DNA of 64,000 bases, taken from NCBI RefSeq assembly GCF_009914755.1, contig NC_060945.1; one strand, written 5' to 3'. The stretch is from the human T2T-CHM13v2.0 reference genome, Homo sapiens. Below, piece after piece: positions 1 to 18,366 of the stretch (positions are counted from its first letter, which is position 1; every line of letters begins with the position of its first letter). The position numbers and the translations under genes were made by a program. The notes below the pieces were generated by a model. That model was not told the DNA's origin and made no database searches. It saw only the letters and a program-made list of their open reading frames with translations.

Positions 1-470
1 CTGTTTAGGTGTTGGTTTCAGTGCCGTTCAACAGTTACTCATTCTTCTCTCCAGTTGCTTTTATAATCTTTGTCTTTGAGAATCTCCAGTTACAACAGGT
101 GTGTCCAGATGTGGTTTTCTTCAAACACACTCTGCTTAGATTCTCTGAAGCTTCAGAGTCTGAGAAATGGTGCCTTTCCATTCACATCTCTTCCCTATTA
201 CCTTGGCCCATTTAATCCACTTTTTTTCCTCCTAGAGCCCCAGTTAGGCCACGTGGGGCCTTTTTACTCCATCACAATGCTAACCACTAAAGAGAACTTA
301 TTTTTCACCCTTTGTCTGTGTTGCACTCTGGGTGACTTCTTCAAATATATCTTCCAGTTCGCTAATTTTATATGTATTTGCATCTAATTTGCTGCTTAGC
401 CTATTCATTGTTTTCAAATTCATTTATTCTTTTTTATTCCTAAGATGTTTCTCATATCTGCCTCCTCAAT
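1..470 (-). mobile_element. Probable old L1M fragment
   Basis: T-rich sequence resembling antisense old L1 ORF1 region (e.g. tcttccagttcgctaatttt...catctaatttgctg); recall only. Confidence 0.3.
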
Positions 471-481
471 TCTGACAGTGT

Positions 482-792
<311 letters not shown>

Positions 793-879
793 CAGTTCTG
801 ATGGTGTCCCGTCCACTTATTTTTAACGCCACGTTTTAGTTCTTTAAACACATGGGTCACGATACTCCCAGGCCCAGGT

Positions 880-2270
880 TGGGCCGCTCTCTTCCTCGTC
901 TCCCCTTGAGGCCGGGGACGTGTAGGAGTGGGGCCTTCGCACGGAGTTCTCCAGCGGACTTCTTCCTTTCTTGCCTTTCCGTTTTTTTTTTTTTTTTTAA
1001 TTTTTAATTTTCCCGTTCCACCCAGACCCCTCTGGGGCGCGAGGAAGGTCCCCAGGCTGCGGGTCCCGCGCCGGCCCGGCCGCGCTTCTAAGGCAGGACT
1101 GCCGCGTGTCGGTCACGGTGTCGCGTATTCTCCGCGGGACGGACGTGTCTTCAGGTCCAACCCGCCCGGTGGGAAGCGCAGACACTGATTTTCCAGAAAA
1201 AGTCCTCCTTCCGTTTCCCGCACTGGTAGGAAAGCTGGGGAGAGAGAAGGAGTCTCACCGTCCTGGACCAGTCGGAACCACAGAGGCCGCTCCGGGTCCG
1301 GGGGCGACTTCCGAGTGGGGGAAGGAGGCCGGAGGGCGCGCGGCCGAGCCCAGACCCAGCAGAGCGCGCGGCCGCCCGCTCCCAGGTTTCCCTCCATCTC
1401 GGCCCCGGCCGCCTCTGAGGTTCTGGACCAAGCCCAGTGCCCGCTGCCCGCAGAAGGCCTCACTCTGGAGCCGGCGGGGAGGGCGGGGACGCGGCTGTCC
1501 AGAGCTCCGTGCCCGCCCCGGGAGTTCGAAGGGTGCTGGGGCCGAGGGGAAGGCTCTGGTCGGCGGCGTCAGCGGCAGCTCCCAGACGACCTAGGACTGC
1601 AAAGGGCCCAGGACGGGGGGCGGGGCGGAGACAGGAGGCGGGGCGGAGGCATGGGGGCGGAGACATGAAGGGGCGGGGCTGGGGCGGGGCTGAGGCAGGA
1701 GGGGCGGGGCTGAGGCAGGAGGGGCGGGGCTGAGGCAGGAGGGGCGGGGCAGAGCCTGAGACACCCCGCCCCGCCCCCCACCTCCACCTCGAGCCCGCCC
1801 CTCTCCCAGGCTCCTGCTCCAGGGCGAACCCGGGGGTCCTCTCCCATGGCTCTGTGGGGGACCCCGGGGAGGTCGCCCTGGCACGGGACACTGTCGCGGG
1901 GTAGGACCCGAGAGGGTCTGGGGCGGTCAGGCTTCATCCTGAGCACCGCCCGGGTGCAGGGAGCGCTGGGTGCTGGGTAAGCGCGCGCCTGCGGGAGAGG
2001 CGGAGGCGGGGGCGGGGGCGGGGGCGGCAGGGAGCCCCTGGGCACCCACGGCGGGCGAGGCGGCGGCTTCCACTCCCAGGGAGCGGGGGTTTCGCGCAGG
2101 GGACGGCGCCCGGCTTGAAATTTAGGAAATTCCGGTGTCCCGCCCGCGCAAGAGGCGCTGGAGCATTTCCAGGTCGTTATAGGGCCCGGCCGCGTGGGGA
2201 CCCCGGGGCAGATGCGCACCAAGCCTGGGACGCGCCTCCCAGGCCCTGCCCGAGAAACCCTTGCATGCGT
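880..2270. promoter_or_regulatory. CpG island / GC-box promoter 1
   Basis: Very high GC and CpG density; cluster of GGGGCGGGG Sp1-type boxes at 1615-1750; donor-like tgg|gtaagc at 1977. Confidence 0.85.
1668..1752 (+). repeat. 20-bp GC-box tandem repeat (ggggcggggctgaggcagga) x~3.5
   Basis: Directly visible tandem copies at 1681, 1701, 1721 and 1741. Confidence 0.9.
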
Positions 2271-2273
2271 GGG

Positions 2274-3140
2274 CACACACACAGAGATACACACAACACT
2301 CCATATGGACACACACACACACACAGATACACATAACACTCCATATGGACACCCACACACACTCCACATAGACACACACAACACTCCACATAGACACACA
2401 CATAGATACACACCACTCCACATAAGACACACACACAGATACATACCACTCCGCATAGGCACACACACACATACACAGGTACACACAACACTCCATATGG
2501 ACACACACACAGAGATACATACTACACATAGACACACACCATGCACAAACCACACACACATGCAACACTCCACAGACATACACACAGATACACAGATACA
2601 CCACGCCACATAGACACACCATCACACCACACACACAAAACACATCACATAGAGACACACACCACACACATACAAGATGCCACATAGATACACCACACAC
2701 AAACCACACACACACACCTCATAGACACACAAACCATGCACACTATGCACAAACCACACACACGCATACATACCCACAACACACCACATACACACCATGC
2801 ATACCACACCCACACTCCACATAGACACACAAACCACGCACACATACATACACACAACACACCATATGCACAAATCACGCACCAGCCACACACACAACAG
2901 GCCACATAGACACACACAACACGCACACCACACACACAAAACACTCCACATCGACACACAACTCACGCACAAACCACACACACACAACATGCCACATAGG
3001 CACACACACCACGCACACCACACACACACAAAACACTCCATGTCGACACACAAATCACACACAAACCACACACACAAAACACTCCACATAGACACACATA
3101 CCATGCACACCACCCACACACAAAAAAACACACCACATAG
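2274..3140 (+). repeat. CA-rich degenerate simple repeat
   Basis: Continuous (CA)n/CACCAC/CATAGA motifs. Confidence 0.95.
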
Positions 3141-3143
3141 ACG

Positions 3144-3400
3144 TGTTAGGTAGTTAGACACACATCAGCAGCTGGGAGAGGGTAAAAAGGAGAACAGAGA
3201 AGCTGTCATTAAGCCCCTGGCCCACCTAAGTTCAGCCCCGAGCCCGCCCTAACTCCACCATGAGGGACGGAGTTTGAAGTGAAACCTGTGGCCAGCATGT
3301 CCTGTGGAAGGGGAAACCAGGGCACAGGTAGAAATCCCTAGAGCAGCATGTGCCCAGTGACCTAAAACTGTAATAACATTTACATGTGGCCCCCCCACAC
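3144..3400 (+). mobile_element. LTR fragment, MER50/MER73-like
   Basis: Begins tgttaggtagttagac...agcagctgggagaggg, resembling the recalled 5' end of these LTRs. Confidence 0.4.
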
Positions 3401-4094
3401 TGGGCTTTTCTTAATGAATTATGGGTAAAAATATGCACAGTTTAATTTTAGCTGTGTCACCATAAGCTGCCAAATGACATCAGCCTGTCACTCAGCCCAA
3501 ACCTCAGCTACTTCTCACACCCCACAGAAGCACCTTGAGCTCTGTAACCAGGTGCTGATGTCACTTCTCAGAAATCAGCCTGCACACCCTCTGAGACAGT
3601 ATTACTGGAAATTTCAATCAACCTTGTTTTAAGCTTACATTTTGGTGTTTGCAGTTCTTTGCTCACTGTCACAAGAACCCAGATTGCTGGTTCAGAGCTC
3701 TGGCTCTGTGGATCTTGTCGGTTAAAAAATCCATCCGAACACAGAATTCTCGGTAACACACACACAATACACCAGGTGGACATACAACACACACATGCAC
3801 AAGGATGTTCACGATGACAGTGCTTGAAATAGAGGAAAACAATGCGTCCACATTTCCGTCAGTCAACCGTGGCCCGCCTATGGCCACCCGTCCATAGGGT
3901 CTGGATGAGGTCAAACGGGGGCCCCGTCAACAGCACAAGAAAATCATCAGCCAATTTTGCTTGGGAACAAGGGTGCAAAAATCTAAACTTACAGAAATCA
4001 CTACACAAATCTGACAGTGATTTAAAGATAACACCCGGTGATCAGATAGGAGTGCAGGAGTGCAGAGCGGGCTGACAGGGAAACCTGCGCCTGT

Positions 4095-4245
4095 TGAGGC
4101 AGGAAAATTGGGTCTGGAGGCAGGGAGCATAAGGCAGTTCACACTTCAGCTACCACAGGAAATATCCTCTCCATAGGGCATGGGCCAAGTAAATGACTTT
4201 GTAACTTCACTTCATCCTCTCCAGTTACATAGGGTGTACCCCCAA
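4095..4245 (+). mobile_element. ERV1 LTR 5' fragment, MER61/MER51-like
   Basis: tgaggcaggaaaattgggtctggaggcaggga...cacacttcagct...aaatgactttgtaact. Confidence 0.55.
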
Positions 4246-4265
4246 GAAGCCCCATGGCGCCATCA

Positions 4266-4360
4266 CTCCACGGCCCCATCACCCCACGGCCCCGTCGCCC
4301 CACGGCCTCGTCGCCCCACAGCCCCGTCGCCCCACGGTCCCATCACCCCATGGCCCCGTC
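4266..4360 (+). repeat. 16-bp tandem repeat (ccccacggccccgtcg) x~5-6
   Basis: Directly visible degenerate tandem copies. Confidence 0.85.
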
Positions 4361-4478
4361 ATTTCAGCACTGGCGGCTGCTCTGCCCTGGGATGCGCCTG
4401 TCACGTGCAGTGATTTAAACATCAGTGAGGTGATTGATTCAAATACTGCGTACTCTTGCTAGTATTTTCCTTGCATGC

Positions 4479-4804
4479 TGATATGGTTTGGCTGTGTCCC
4501 CACCTAAATCCCAACTTGAATTGTATCTCCCAGAATTCCCACGTGTTGTGGGAGGGACCCAGGGGGAGGTAATTGAATCACGGGGACCGGTCTTTCCTGT
4601 GCTATTCTCGCCAGAGTGAATAAATCTCACGAGATCTGATGGGCCTATCAGGGGTTTCTGCTTTTGCTTCTTCCTCATTTTCTCTTGCTGCCGCCATGAT
4701 TCTGAGGCCTCCCCAGCCATGTGGAACTGTAAGTCCAATTAAACCTTTTTTTCTTCCCAATCTCGGGTATGTCTTTGTCAGCGGCATGAAAAGGGACTAA
4801 TACA
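4479..4804 (+). mobile_element. THE1 (MaLR) solo LTR
   Basis: TGATATGGTTTGGCTGTG...GGACTAATACA termini; perfect 5-bp TSD CATGC (4474-4478 / 4805-4809). Confidence 0.93.
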
Positions 4805-5263
4805 CATGCTTTATTGGTGACCAGGAGATGTTTTAAATTTTTCTATATGATTGTGGATTTCTCTTCTTCTTTCTTGGACTCTGCAACTTTGTTTTCTGTA
4901 GTTTGAGGCTGGCATCTTCCCGTGGGCTGGGCCCCATGCCACCAGCTGACCCTGGTCTGCTGAGCTCCTTGCCCGTGGTTCTTCTGCTTGGTGTTAATGC
5001 AGCCACCCCAGCTTTCCAGACCTCCCTTTCCATTTATCTTTCTGTGGCCTTACATTGAGGGTGTGTCTCCTGCAGGATCCAGTGTATCTTTATCTTTGAA
5101 TTGAACTTTCTGGTTCTTTTGTTTTGATTCCATTATCTGCGTTTGAATTCTGGCATTATGAATTGTTTTCTGTTTTTCCTACTTGTTCCCTGTTCCTTCT
5201 TCTCCTCGTGGCTTCGATTATTTTTTATTCCATGTTTATCCTCTCTTAGCCTGCCAGTTATGA

Positions 5264-5738
<475 letters not shown>

Positions 5739-5913
5739 CATTATCATTATTTTCTACCATGTATGCGTCTCTTTATTCACTTCCCTTTCCCGGGTCTGCG
5801 TTCCTTCCTTTATCCCCAAGCTCCCACCCCACCCTGGGGGGTCATTTCCTTTCCACCCTAAGAGCCCCTCATCATGGGTGCCGGTCTCTGGGTGGTCACT
5901 CCCCGGCCCGTCC

Positions 5914-6098
5914 GGGGTCACCTCCCTCCCACTCCCCTGCCTGCCTGGGGCCACCTCCCTCCACTCCACTGCTCATCCAGGGTCACCTTCCTCCACTCCC
6001 TTGCCTGCCTGGGGTCACCTCCCTCCCACTCCCCTGCCTGCCTGGGGTCACCTCCCTCCCACTCCCCTGCCTGCCTGGGGCCACCTCCCTCCACTCCT
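5914..6098 (+). repeat. 33-bp minisatellite (ggggtcacctccctcccactcccctgcctgcct) x~5.5
   Basis: Units start near 5914, 5947, 5980, 6011, 6044 and 6077. Confidence 0.92.
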
Positions 6099-6699
6099 CT
6101 GCAGCTTCTCTGCATTGCTTCTTCTCCTTCACCTTTTTTGGTTGATTTTCATCTTGTACCCTTGGCATTTTTGGTTGAGTGACAGATGTTCATAGGACAG
6201 GTCTCAGGCCACCAGTGGTGCCGTCTCCAGGGAGCCGAGTGGCGCTCGCTCCTGTGGTCACCCAGGGAGGGAGGCCCTTGTGACCCAACTGCAGACTCTG
6301 GGAGGGTGGGGTCAGGCTGATTCCCCTTCAGGGTTCCCACCAACAGCTGAGGGGCTTCTCGGGGCCCCTTTGTTTCCTTTGGCCCCATGAGTGCTGAGAG
6401 CTGAGTCCGGCTCCCATGGCTCAGCTCAGCTTTTGCTTCCCCAGTTATTGGTCAGCCCGGATCCACGCCGCCCCAAGCATCAGCCCATCATCCTTACTTT
6501 CCCCGTCTTTCAGACCTTGGCCCCCAAAATTGTCACTGCTTTAGGAGTTCTTCATTGATTTCGAACAGACATTTTAAGATAGTTTTTTCTAGCTTGTGTT
6601 GTGTTTTTAATGGGAGAGTTGGTCAGCGTCTGCTGGAACAGAGCTACGCCTATGGAACCGTAGACTTGTTCGTGCTTTATTGTAAGTTTCAGTCGCTCC

Positions 6700-6845
6700 T
6701 GTGTGCATGTGTGCATGTGCCTGGTGTGTGTGTCTTTGCATGTGTGTGCTCACATCTACATGTGCGTCTGCACATGTGCATCTGTGCATGTGTCCGTCTG
6801 TCTGCATGTATCTGTGCATGTGTGTGCACATGTGCATGTGTGTGA
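6700..6845 (+). repeat. (TG)/(TGCATG)-rich low-complexity tract
   Basis: Alternating purine-pyrimidine sequence. Confidence 0.85.
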
Positions 6846-8018
6846 TCTGAGGCATCTTCCCATGACTGCTGCTTTCTGCTCCAGTTGCTCCTGGCTGAGC
6901 ATCAGTGCAGCATCAGTGCACCCCCTCAGCACCTGGACACCACTCCAGAGACTTCTGAGCAGAGGCTGACAGCGCAGGGGGGCTTACTAGCTGCCTTTCA
7001 TGCTGGCCGTGGTGGGTGAGCTGTCCAGCTCTCCTCTCCCAGATCTTCCAGGGGCCAGCAGGCTTCCACTAACCACAGGGCCTGGGGGCACTTCAGTCTA
7101 CCAGGGCAGATGCTTGCCAGGCCCATGGGGACCAGCAGGCTCCCGCAGGCCCTCCCAAAGCCACATGCAGCAGTGCGGCTGGCAAGCCCCACTTGGGGGA
7201 GACCCTGCTGTTGCCGGCCAGGCCTGTGGGACAAGTACAGTCTGACATCTTTGCCGATGGCCTGGAGATGAGCACCCCCTGCTCTCTCCTCGATGTTGCA
7301 GCAGAACCCACGCGTAGAGAGGGTTGGGGCGAGCAGTCCAGGCAGACCCCCGGGATTTTCCTGCCGTATTGCACAAGCATTCATGCGTTCATTTAATCTT
7401 GCTTTTTTAGGCAATACTTTAAAGACACAAAGTCTCAACAACCATCTTCCGCTTGACGAGACAGATCATTCTAATTTGAGCAGAAGCTACTATGTCCTGC
7501 CCTTTGAACGCGGCGGCCCGGACAGCTGACAAGGACACACTGTGTATTTCCATTCCAATTCTGGGAGTGCTCTGAGGCCTCTGGGGGAGAAGGACCCATG
7601 AAATATTCAAAACATAAGTGAATAAAATATCTAGGTGCTAGATATGGGCCAGGAAGAGCCCTCGGCCCTGCAAAGTGTGTGTGATGGTGAGAAGCTACCG
7701 GAAGAGATGGTCCCTGTGCTTGGTTCATTCCTTGGACATTTATCAAGCTGACGAATGTAGCAGAGGTGCTTCAGTCGGCTGTAATTCCACGGGTGGAGTG
7801 CTGGCTGGAGAGTTACCTGGGGCTGTCACACTGCATGGGCTCCGGGACACTGTGGCTGCCCTTATGTGGTGTCCCCGGAGGGCCCTGCAGGTGTCACACC
7901 GCTGCTCCACACTGCCACCTGCTGTCAGCATCTGTGCAACGTATCCAGGTCTCTGGGGGCTAGAATGAAAAACATGCATCTCGTAACCAATGAAATCGGG
8001 CTTGTCCTGAAGACCTCG

Positions 8019-9047
<1,029 letters not shown>

Positions 9048-10805
9048 CACCTGCTGTCTTTTTGCATCTTCCAAGTAGACATCAAAGATTGGTTTGCTAT
9101 CAGTGTCACTTCTATAATCCGTGGTTCTATATGAAGAAAACAAAATCCCAATTGGGGAAAATGAACCCATGGCATTTTGTTTCTTACTCTGGAGCCGTTT
9201 CTGGCAGTTTGCCAGCAAGCACACAGACCCACAGGACAAGCTTGGTTCATGGCCTGGAGTGCTGGTCTTGCTCATGGACACGCAATCAGAAGCAGTATTT
9301 TGATACCCCTGTGCTCATGGCAAGGAGCTGCGTGGGCTTTCAGGGTGGAACCAGGGCTTCAGGGAACCCCTTCATCCCGACAGGCATCACCCAGAGCACA
9401 CCCAGAGCAGCCTGCAGCGGCGTGGAAGGGGCTTGCACTGGCCCCAAGGTGCAGGGGAGCCCTGCCTGCCTGTCTCCTGCTAGGCTTGCCTGGGCTCCCG
9501 CCTACAGACCATGAGAATTCTTCTAGCATGGGAAGAGAGTCTGACCAAAGTGACAACAGCCATCCCCTGACTGCCCAGCACTGTTCACTTCTTCCCAGAT
9601 ACTCCTACCAGACCAGGTCAGCCCTTCTTTTACTGGGGGGCCAGAAAGGTCCCCCCAATCCAGTCCAGGACTCCAGATGATGCCCATTTCTCTGCCAGTC
9701 CCAGCAATCTCCCTTCTCAGCATCTGGCATCCTGGGATGTACCCTAAAGTTCACTGGCTCAGAGCACCCTAACTATGGCTGCGGCGAGGGGGGAGGGCGG
9801 GATCAGGTCGGCGTGCTGCACATGGGTCCTGGGGCGGGAACAGTATTCTGGCTATGCTCCTGCAGCTGGGCCCTCACAAGGGGCAGCGTCTGCACCCTCT
9901 CAAGGCTTTGCAGATAAGGGTTTATTGAAGAGGGAGGTGACCCACACCATCCCCACTGAGGGATCTGGTTAGGGGGCTCCCCCCAGAATGTAGGCAAGAG
10001 GGCAGCATCTTGATAGTGAGGGTTGGTCACCCGGGAACCACAGTAACGTCTGCAGGGACCTTCCCCCAGTGGCACGCACTTCCCAGAATGCTCACGGTCA
10101 CCCTCAGCTTTCAACTGTGGGGACCTAACGCGTCTCCTGGTAGAGTCCTCACTCCCTTGGCTAAAACTTCTGAAAGCAGCGAGGCCGGGCTCCCTGGCTA
10201 GGATGGCTCTGGCCCTGAGCAGGTCATTTGCGTCAAGTTTCACCACCCAGCACCCTGTGCTTTCCCCAGCTGGCTGCACGCTGGGCCTCCGGGAAGCCGG
10301 CAAGCCCACCTGATTCTGGATCCTCCCTCCGAGCCTGGGTGACGCTGTCATGAAAGAAGCTGCCAGAAGCCCACAGCAGGGCAGTTAGGCAGGGAATGCG
10401 AGTCCGTGTCCAGAGCAAGGGTGACTCCAGTCCCTCCAGGACGGAGAAGCCAGTGCGACCCACTGTCCCAGGCCCCCATGGCCCTGGCTGCTCCTGGCGG
10501 ACAGAGGGGCATGTTGCCCACGCTATGCCTTGTTCCCTCTGGGCTGCCATGGCCCCTGGAACAATTCCTGGGACAGCCTGGGGAGGAGGCTGACAATCAT
10601 GCAAGGTGGATGCAGCTTGGCCCCTCCCAGTCACCTATGTGTTCCTTCCTCAGACTCCCGTGGGGCTGGAGTCATGATTTTGCTCCCCATCCCATCTGTA
10701 GGCCGCCCCTGCCTGGATGAGACCACGCTGACACTCACACGCCTCCCTCCAGGAGGACCTTGCCTCCACTTTCTCCAGGGCCACCTGTGATGCACCAGGA
10801 TCCAT

Positions 10806-10952
10806 CCTGTAATCCCAGCTACTTGGGAGGCTGAGGCAGGAGAATCACTTGAACCTGGGAGGCGAGAGGCAGAGGTTGCAGTAATAAGCCAAGATTGGAC
10901 CACAGCACTCCAGCCTTAGCAATAGAGAGAGACTTCGTTTCAAAAAAAAAAA
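10806..10952 (+). mobile_element. Alu right arm (5'-truncated)
   Basis: cctgtaatcccagctacttgggaggctgaggcagg...poly(A). Confidence 0.88.
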
Positions 10953-11179
10953 CCTATGCAAATCCCAATTACACACGCTGAGTGGCATGTTCAGCTGAGC
11001 CACCTGCCCAAGGCGGGACCCTCTCTTCCTCCGTCTGCAGGTCACATGGAGATGGCAGAGCACCTGCACGTGCACCTGGAGACCCTCTCAAGCCTCGTCT
11101 CCTGGCACTGCCTCCTCCTGACATTGGAGGCTGCTGGGAGTACCAGCCTGTAACCCTCGTTGTGATGGCACCTGCCTGG

Positions 11180-11545
11180 TGCTATAATTCAGACATTTGT
11201 CTCCCCAACCTCATGTTGAAATTTGAACCCCAATGTTGGAGGTGGGACCTGACAGAAGGTGCCTAGGACATGAGAGCTTGGTGCTGTCCTCGCGGTCATG
11301 AATGCATTCATGCTTTATTCCTTCTCACAAGAACTGATTGTTAAAAACGCTTGGCACCTCCTCTGCCCACTCTCTCTTGCTCCCTCTCTCACCATATGGT
11401 CTGCATGCACCTGCTCCCATCGCCTTCTGCCATGAGTGGACACTTCCTGAGGCCTCACCAGAAGCAGATGCTGGCACCATGCTTCTTGTACAGCCTGCAG
11501 AACTGTGTGCCAAATAAACCTCTTTTCTTTATAAATCACCCAACC
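11180..11545 (+). mobile_element. MST-family (MaLR) LTR
   Basis: ctcatgttgaaatttga...gaggcctcaccagaagcagatgctggcaccatgcttcttgtacagcctgcagaac...aaataaacctcttttc. Confidence 0.85.
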
Positions 11546-12249
11546 TCCCAACACAAATCGTCCAAGACACCTGGTGTCCCCCAAACAGCTCCTTGGTCAA
11601 CCTCAGATTCAGGACCAATCTGAGAGCTGTTTCCGTGAAGGGAGGAGAGGAGAGTTGTTAGCTGAAGAGGACATGGGTTTGCTCAAGATCCCTGCATTCT
11701 CCACTATGGCTCTCTGATTCTCCTCTCTGAGCTTGTGGCAGACACGGCAGATACCTCAAGCATGGCTGGGCAGCAGATGCTGGCTGAGAGGAAGTGGCTG
11801 AGCCCAACTTGTCCCTCCTCAGACCCCAGAATTGCCAAGACCAGAGTCCTCCATAAAGACCTCACAAACAGGCAATCACTGCATGCTTTTCCACAATTAA
11901 ATATGTGCACATCTTAAGGAAAGGACCTAACATCCTTCAGCAGTATCTCTTTCCAGGGCAGGGAGTGACTGCGTCAGCAGCCTCAAGTACCTGGAAACTG
12001 TCCACATCAGGCAAAGTGGTGGGAGAGACACAGATGTTTCCACCAGCATTTAAAAGAAAGGAAAGAAAATTATTGACAAGAAGCCTCCATGGTGGATCAG
12101 GCTTCAACGTTTTGATGGACCTGGCCTCTCTTGGAAGCAAATCCCTGGATGGAGCCCATGTCTCTTTGGGCCCCCAAAGGCAGCCTGACCTTGACACGGA
12201 GTGCAAAGCAGACTCAGCTGCTTGTGTTTAATGGGGATTCGCATAGTTG

Positions 12250-12582
12250 GTTTTTGGTTTTGTTTTTGTTTTGTTTTGTTTTTTGTTTTTTTTTGAGATG
12301 GAGTCTTGCTGTGTTGCCTAGGCTGGAATGCAGTAGCGTGATCTCTGCTCACTGCCTGCAACCTCTGCCTCCCCAGTTCAAGTGATTCTCTTGCTTCAGC
12401 CTCCCGAGTAGCTGGGATCACAGGCACGTGCCACCATGCCCTGCTAATTTTTGTATTTTTAGTGGAGATGGGGTTTCACCATGTTGGCCAGGCAGGTCTC
12501 GAACTCCTGACCTCAAGTGATCCTCCCACCGCAGCCTCGAACAATGCTGGGAAAACAGGCGTGAGCCACTGTACCCAGCTGG
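12250..12582 (-). mobile_element. AluS element
   Basis: (TTTTG)n tail and full reverse-complement Alu. Confidence 0.92.
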
Positions 12583-13289
12583 GATTTGTGTAGTTTTGTC
12601 CGTGCTGTTATATGGTGCACTGGGCAGAGCCAGCCAGTCCCGCCTCGAGCCCCGTTACTTTGGTCTCTGATGCAGATGTTGTGTGGCAGTGGAACGGCCT
12701 CATCAGCCCCACCTGGGACCTGGCAGGGGATGGGTCTGAGCAGCCCTAGAGGAGGGTCCCCAGGGCCCACAGCAAGGGTGACATGACCCACACCATCCCC
12801 ACTGATGGGACCCACACAGTGAACCTCCTCCCACACCCCCTCCCCAGCCGGCCACTTGGACCAGAGAGACGTTATCAAAGTGCCCTCTCAGAAACGTCGC
12901 CTTCATCCACCATCCTCTTTTAACCCACTGGGCTTGGTCAGGAAGCCGTTGGTCAGCAGGGGGCAGGTGGGGTTGGGGGGCACCCTTATGTCCTGTGAGA
13001 CCCTAGCAGGCACTCCAGCTTGGGATTTCCAGAGGCTCTGAGGTGGCTAAGAACAGGATGACAAATCGACTCCAAGGTTCAACTCTTCCCCTCATGGACA
13101 CTCCTCCCTATGCTGTTCTCATCTCAAATTTTACCTGTTTTTCTCAAAGTAGCTCACCAGAGGTTGGAAATGAGATCAAAGGTCAGCGTGGATCTCAACA
13201 TTATTATTCATCAGGGAAATGCAAATCACACCAGAGATGAGACGCCATGACACTCACACTAGCAGGGCTAAAATTTAAAAGTCTAGCTG

Positions 13290-13590
13290 GGGCTGGGCAT
13301 GGTGGCTCATGCCTGTGATCCCAGCACTTTAGGAGGCCAAGGCAGGAGGATTGCTTGAAGCCCAGGAGCTCAAGACCAGCCCCGGCACCAAAGCAAAACT
13401 GTACCTCTACAAGAATTTTTTTTTTAATTGGCTAGATGTGGTACACATGCCTGTGGTCACAGCTACTTGGGAGGCTGAGGAGGGAGGATCACTTGAGTCC
13501 ACGAGTTCGAGGCTTGGTGAACTGTGATCATGCCACTGCACTCCAGTCTGGGCAACAGAGTGGGACCTCATCTCTTAAAAATAAAGAAAA
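13290..13590 (+). mobile_element. AluJ element
   Basis: ggctgggcatggtggctcatgcc..., aggattgcttga diagnostic. Confidence 0.9.
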
Positions 13591-13619
13591 GGAAAGGAGT
13601 GGAAAGGAGAGGAGAGGAA

Positions 13620-17047
<3,428 letters not shown>

Positions 17048-17054
17048 CCTACTT

Positions 17055-18366
17055 TTTTCTTTTATTCCATATTTTTACTGTACCTTTTCTATGTTTAGAC
17101 ACACAAATGCCACTGTGTTACACTCGCCTGCAGTATTCAGTGCAGTCACACGCTGCACGGGCGTTTAGATACACAAATGCCATCACGTTACAGTCGCCTG
17201 CGGTATTCAGTGCAGTCACACTCTGCACGGGCGTTTAGATACACAAGTGCCACCGCATTACAGTGGCCTGCAGTATTCAGTGCAGTCCCACGCTGCATGG
17301 GCGTTTAGCTACACAAATGCCACCGCGTTACAGTCGCCTGCAGTATTCAGTGCAGTCACACTCTGCACGGGCGTTTAGATACACAAATGCCACCGCGTTA
17401 CAGTCGCCTGCAGTATTCAGTGCAGTCACATGCTGCACAGGCGTTTCGCTACACAAATGCCACCGCGTTACGGTTGCCTGCGGTATTCAGTGCAGTCACA
17501 CGCTGCACGGGCGTCTGGCTACACAAATGCCACCGCGTTACAGTCGCCTGCAGTATTCAGTGCAGTCACACGCTGCACGGGTGTTTAGATACACAAATGC
17601 CACCCCGTTACAGTCGCCTGGAGTATTCAGTGCAGTCACACTCTGCACGGGCGTTTAGCTACACAAATGCCACGGCGTCACAGTCGCCTGCAGTATTCAG
17701 TGCAGTCACGCTCTGCACGGGCATTTAGCTACACAAATGCCACCCCGTTACAGTCGCCTGGAGTATTCAGTGCAGTCACACTCTGCACGGGCGTTTAGCT
17801 ACACAAATGCCATGGCGTCACAGTCGCCTGCAGTATTCAGTGCAGTCACATGCTGCACGGGCGTTTACACAAATGCCACCGCGTTACAGTTGCCTGCAGT
17901 ATTCAGTGCAGTCACACGCTGCACGGGCGTTTAGATACACAAATGCCATCGTGTTACAGGCACCTGCAGTATTCAGTGCAGTCACACGCTGCACGGGCGT
18001 TTAGATACACAAGTGGCACTGCGTTACAGTCGCCTGCGGTATTCAGTGCAGTCACACGCTGCACGGGTGTTTAGATACACAAATGCCACCACGTTACAGT
18101 GGCCTGCAGTATTCAGTGCAGTCACATGCTGCACGGGCGTTTAGATACACAAATGCCACTGTGTTCGTCGCCTGCAGTATTCAGTGCAGTCACAGACTGT
18201 ACAGGTCTGCAGCCCAGGAGTGATACGCTGCACAGCATGGCCTAGGTGTCTCACAGATTCTACCGTCTTGGTGTGTGTGAGTCACCTCTGATGTTCTCAC
18301 AACAGCAAAACCGCCTACCGATGCATCTCTCAGAAAGTCTCCCTGTCGTTAAGTGACGCATGACTG
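17055..18366 (+). mobile_element. Tigger3 (Golem/MER7) DNA transposon 3' part, expanded by an internal VNTR
   Basis: tttttactgtaccttttctatgtttaga...; terminal inverted-repeat end gtcgttaagtgacgcatgactg followed by TA. Confidence 0.82.
17091..18203 (+). repeat. 70-bp VNTR x16
   Basis: Unit gcgtttagatacacaaatgccaccgcgttacagtcgcctgcagtattcagtgcagtcacacgctgcacgg; 70-bp spacing from 17091 to 17861, one 4-bp deletion, then to 18137. Confidence 0.97.
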
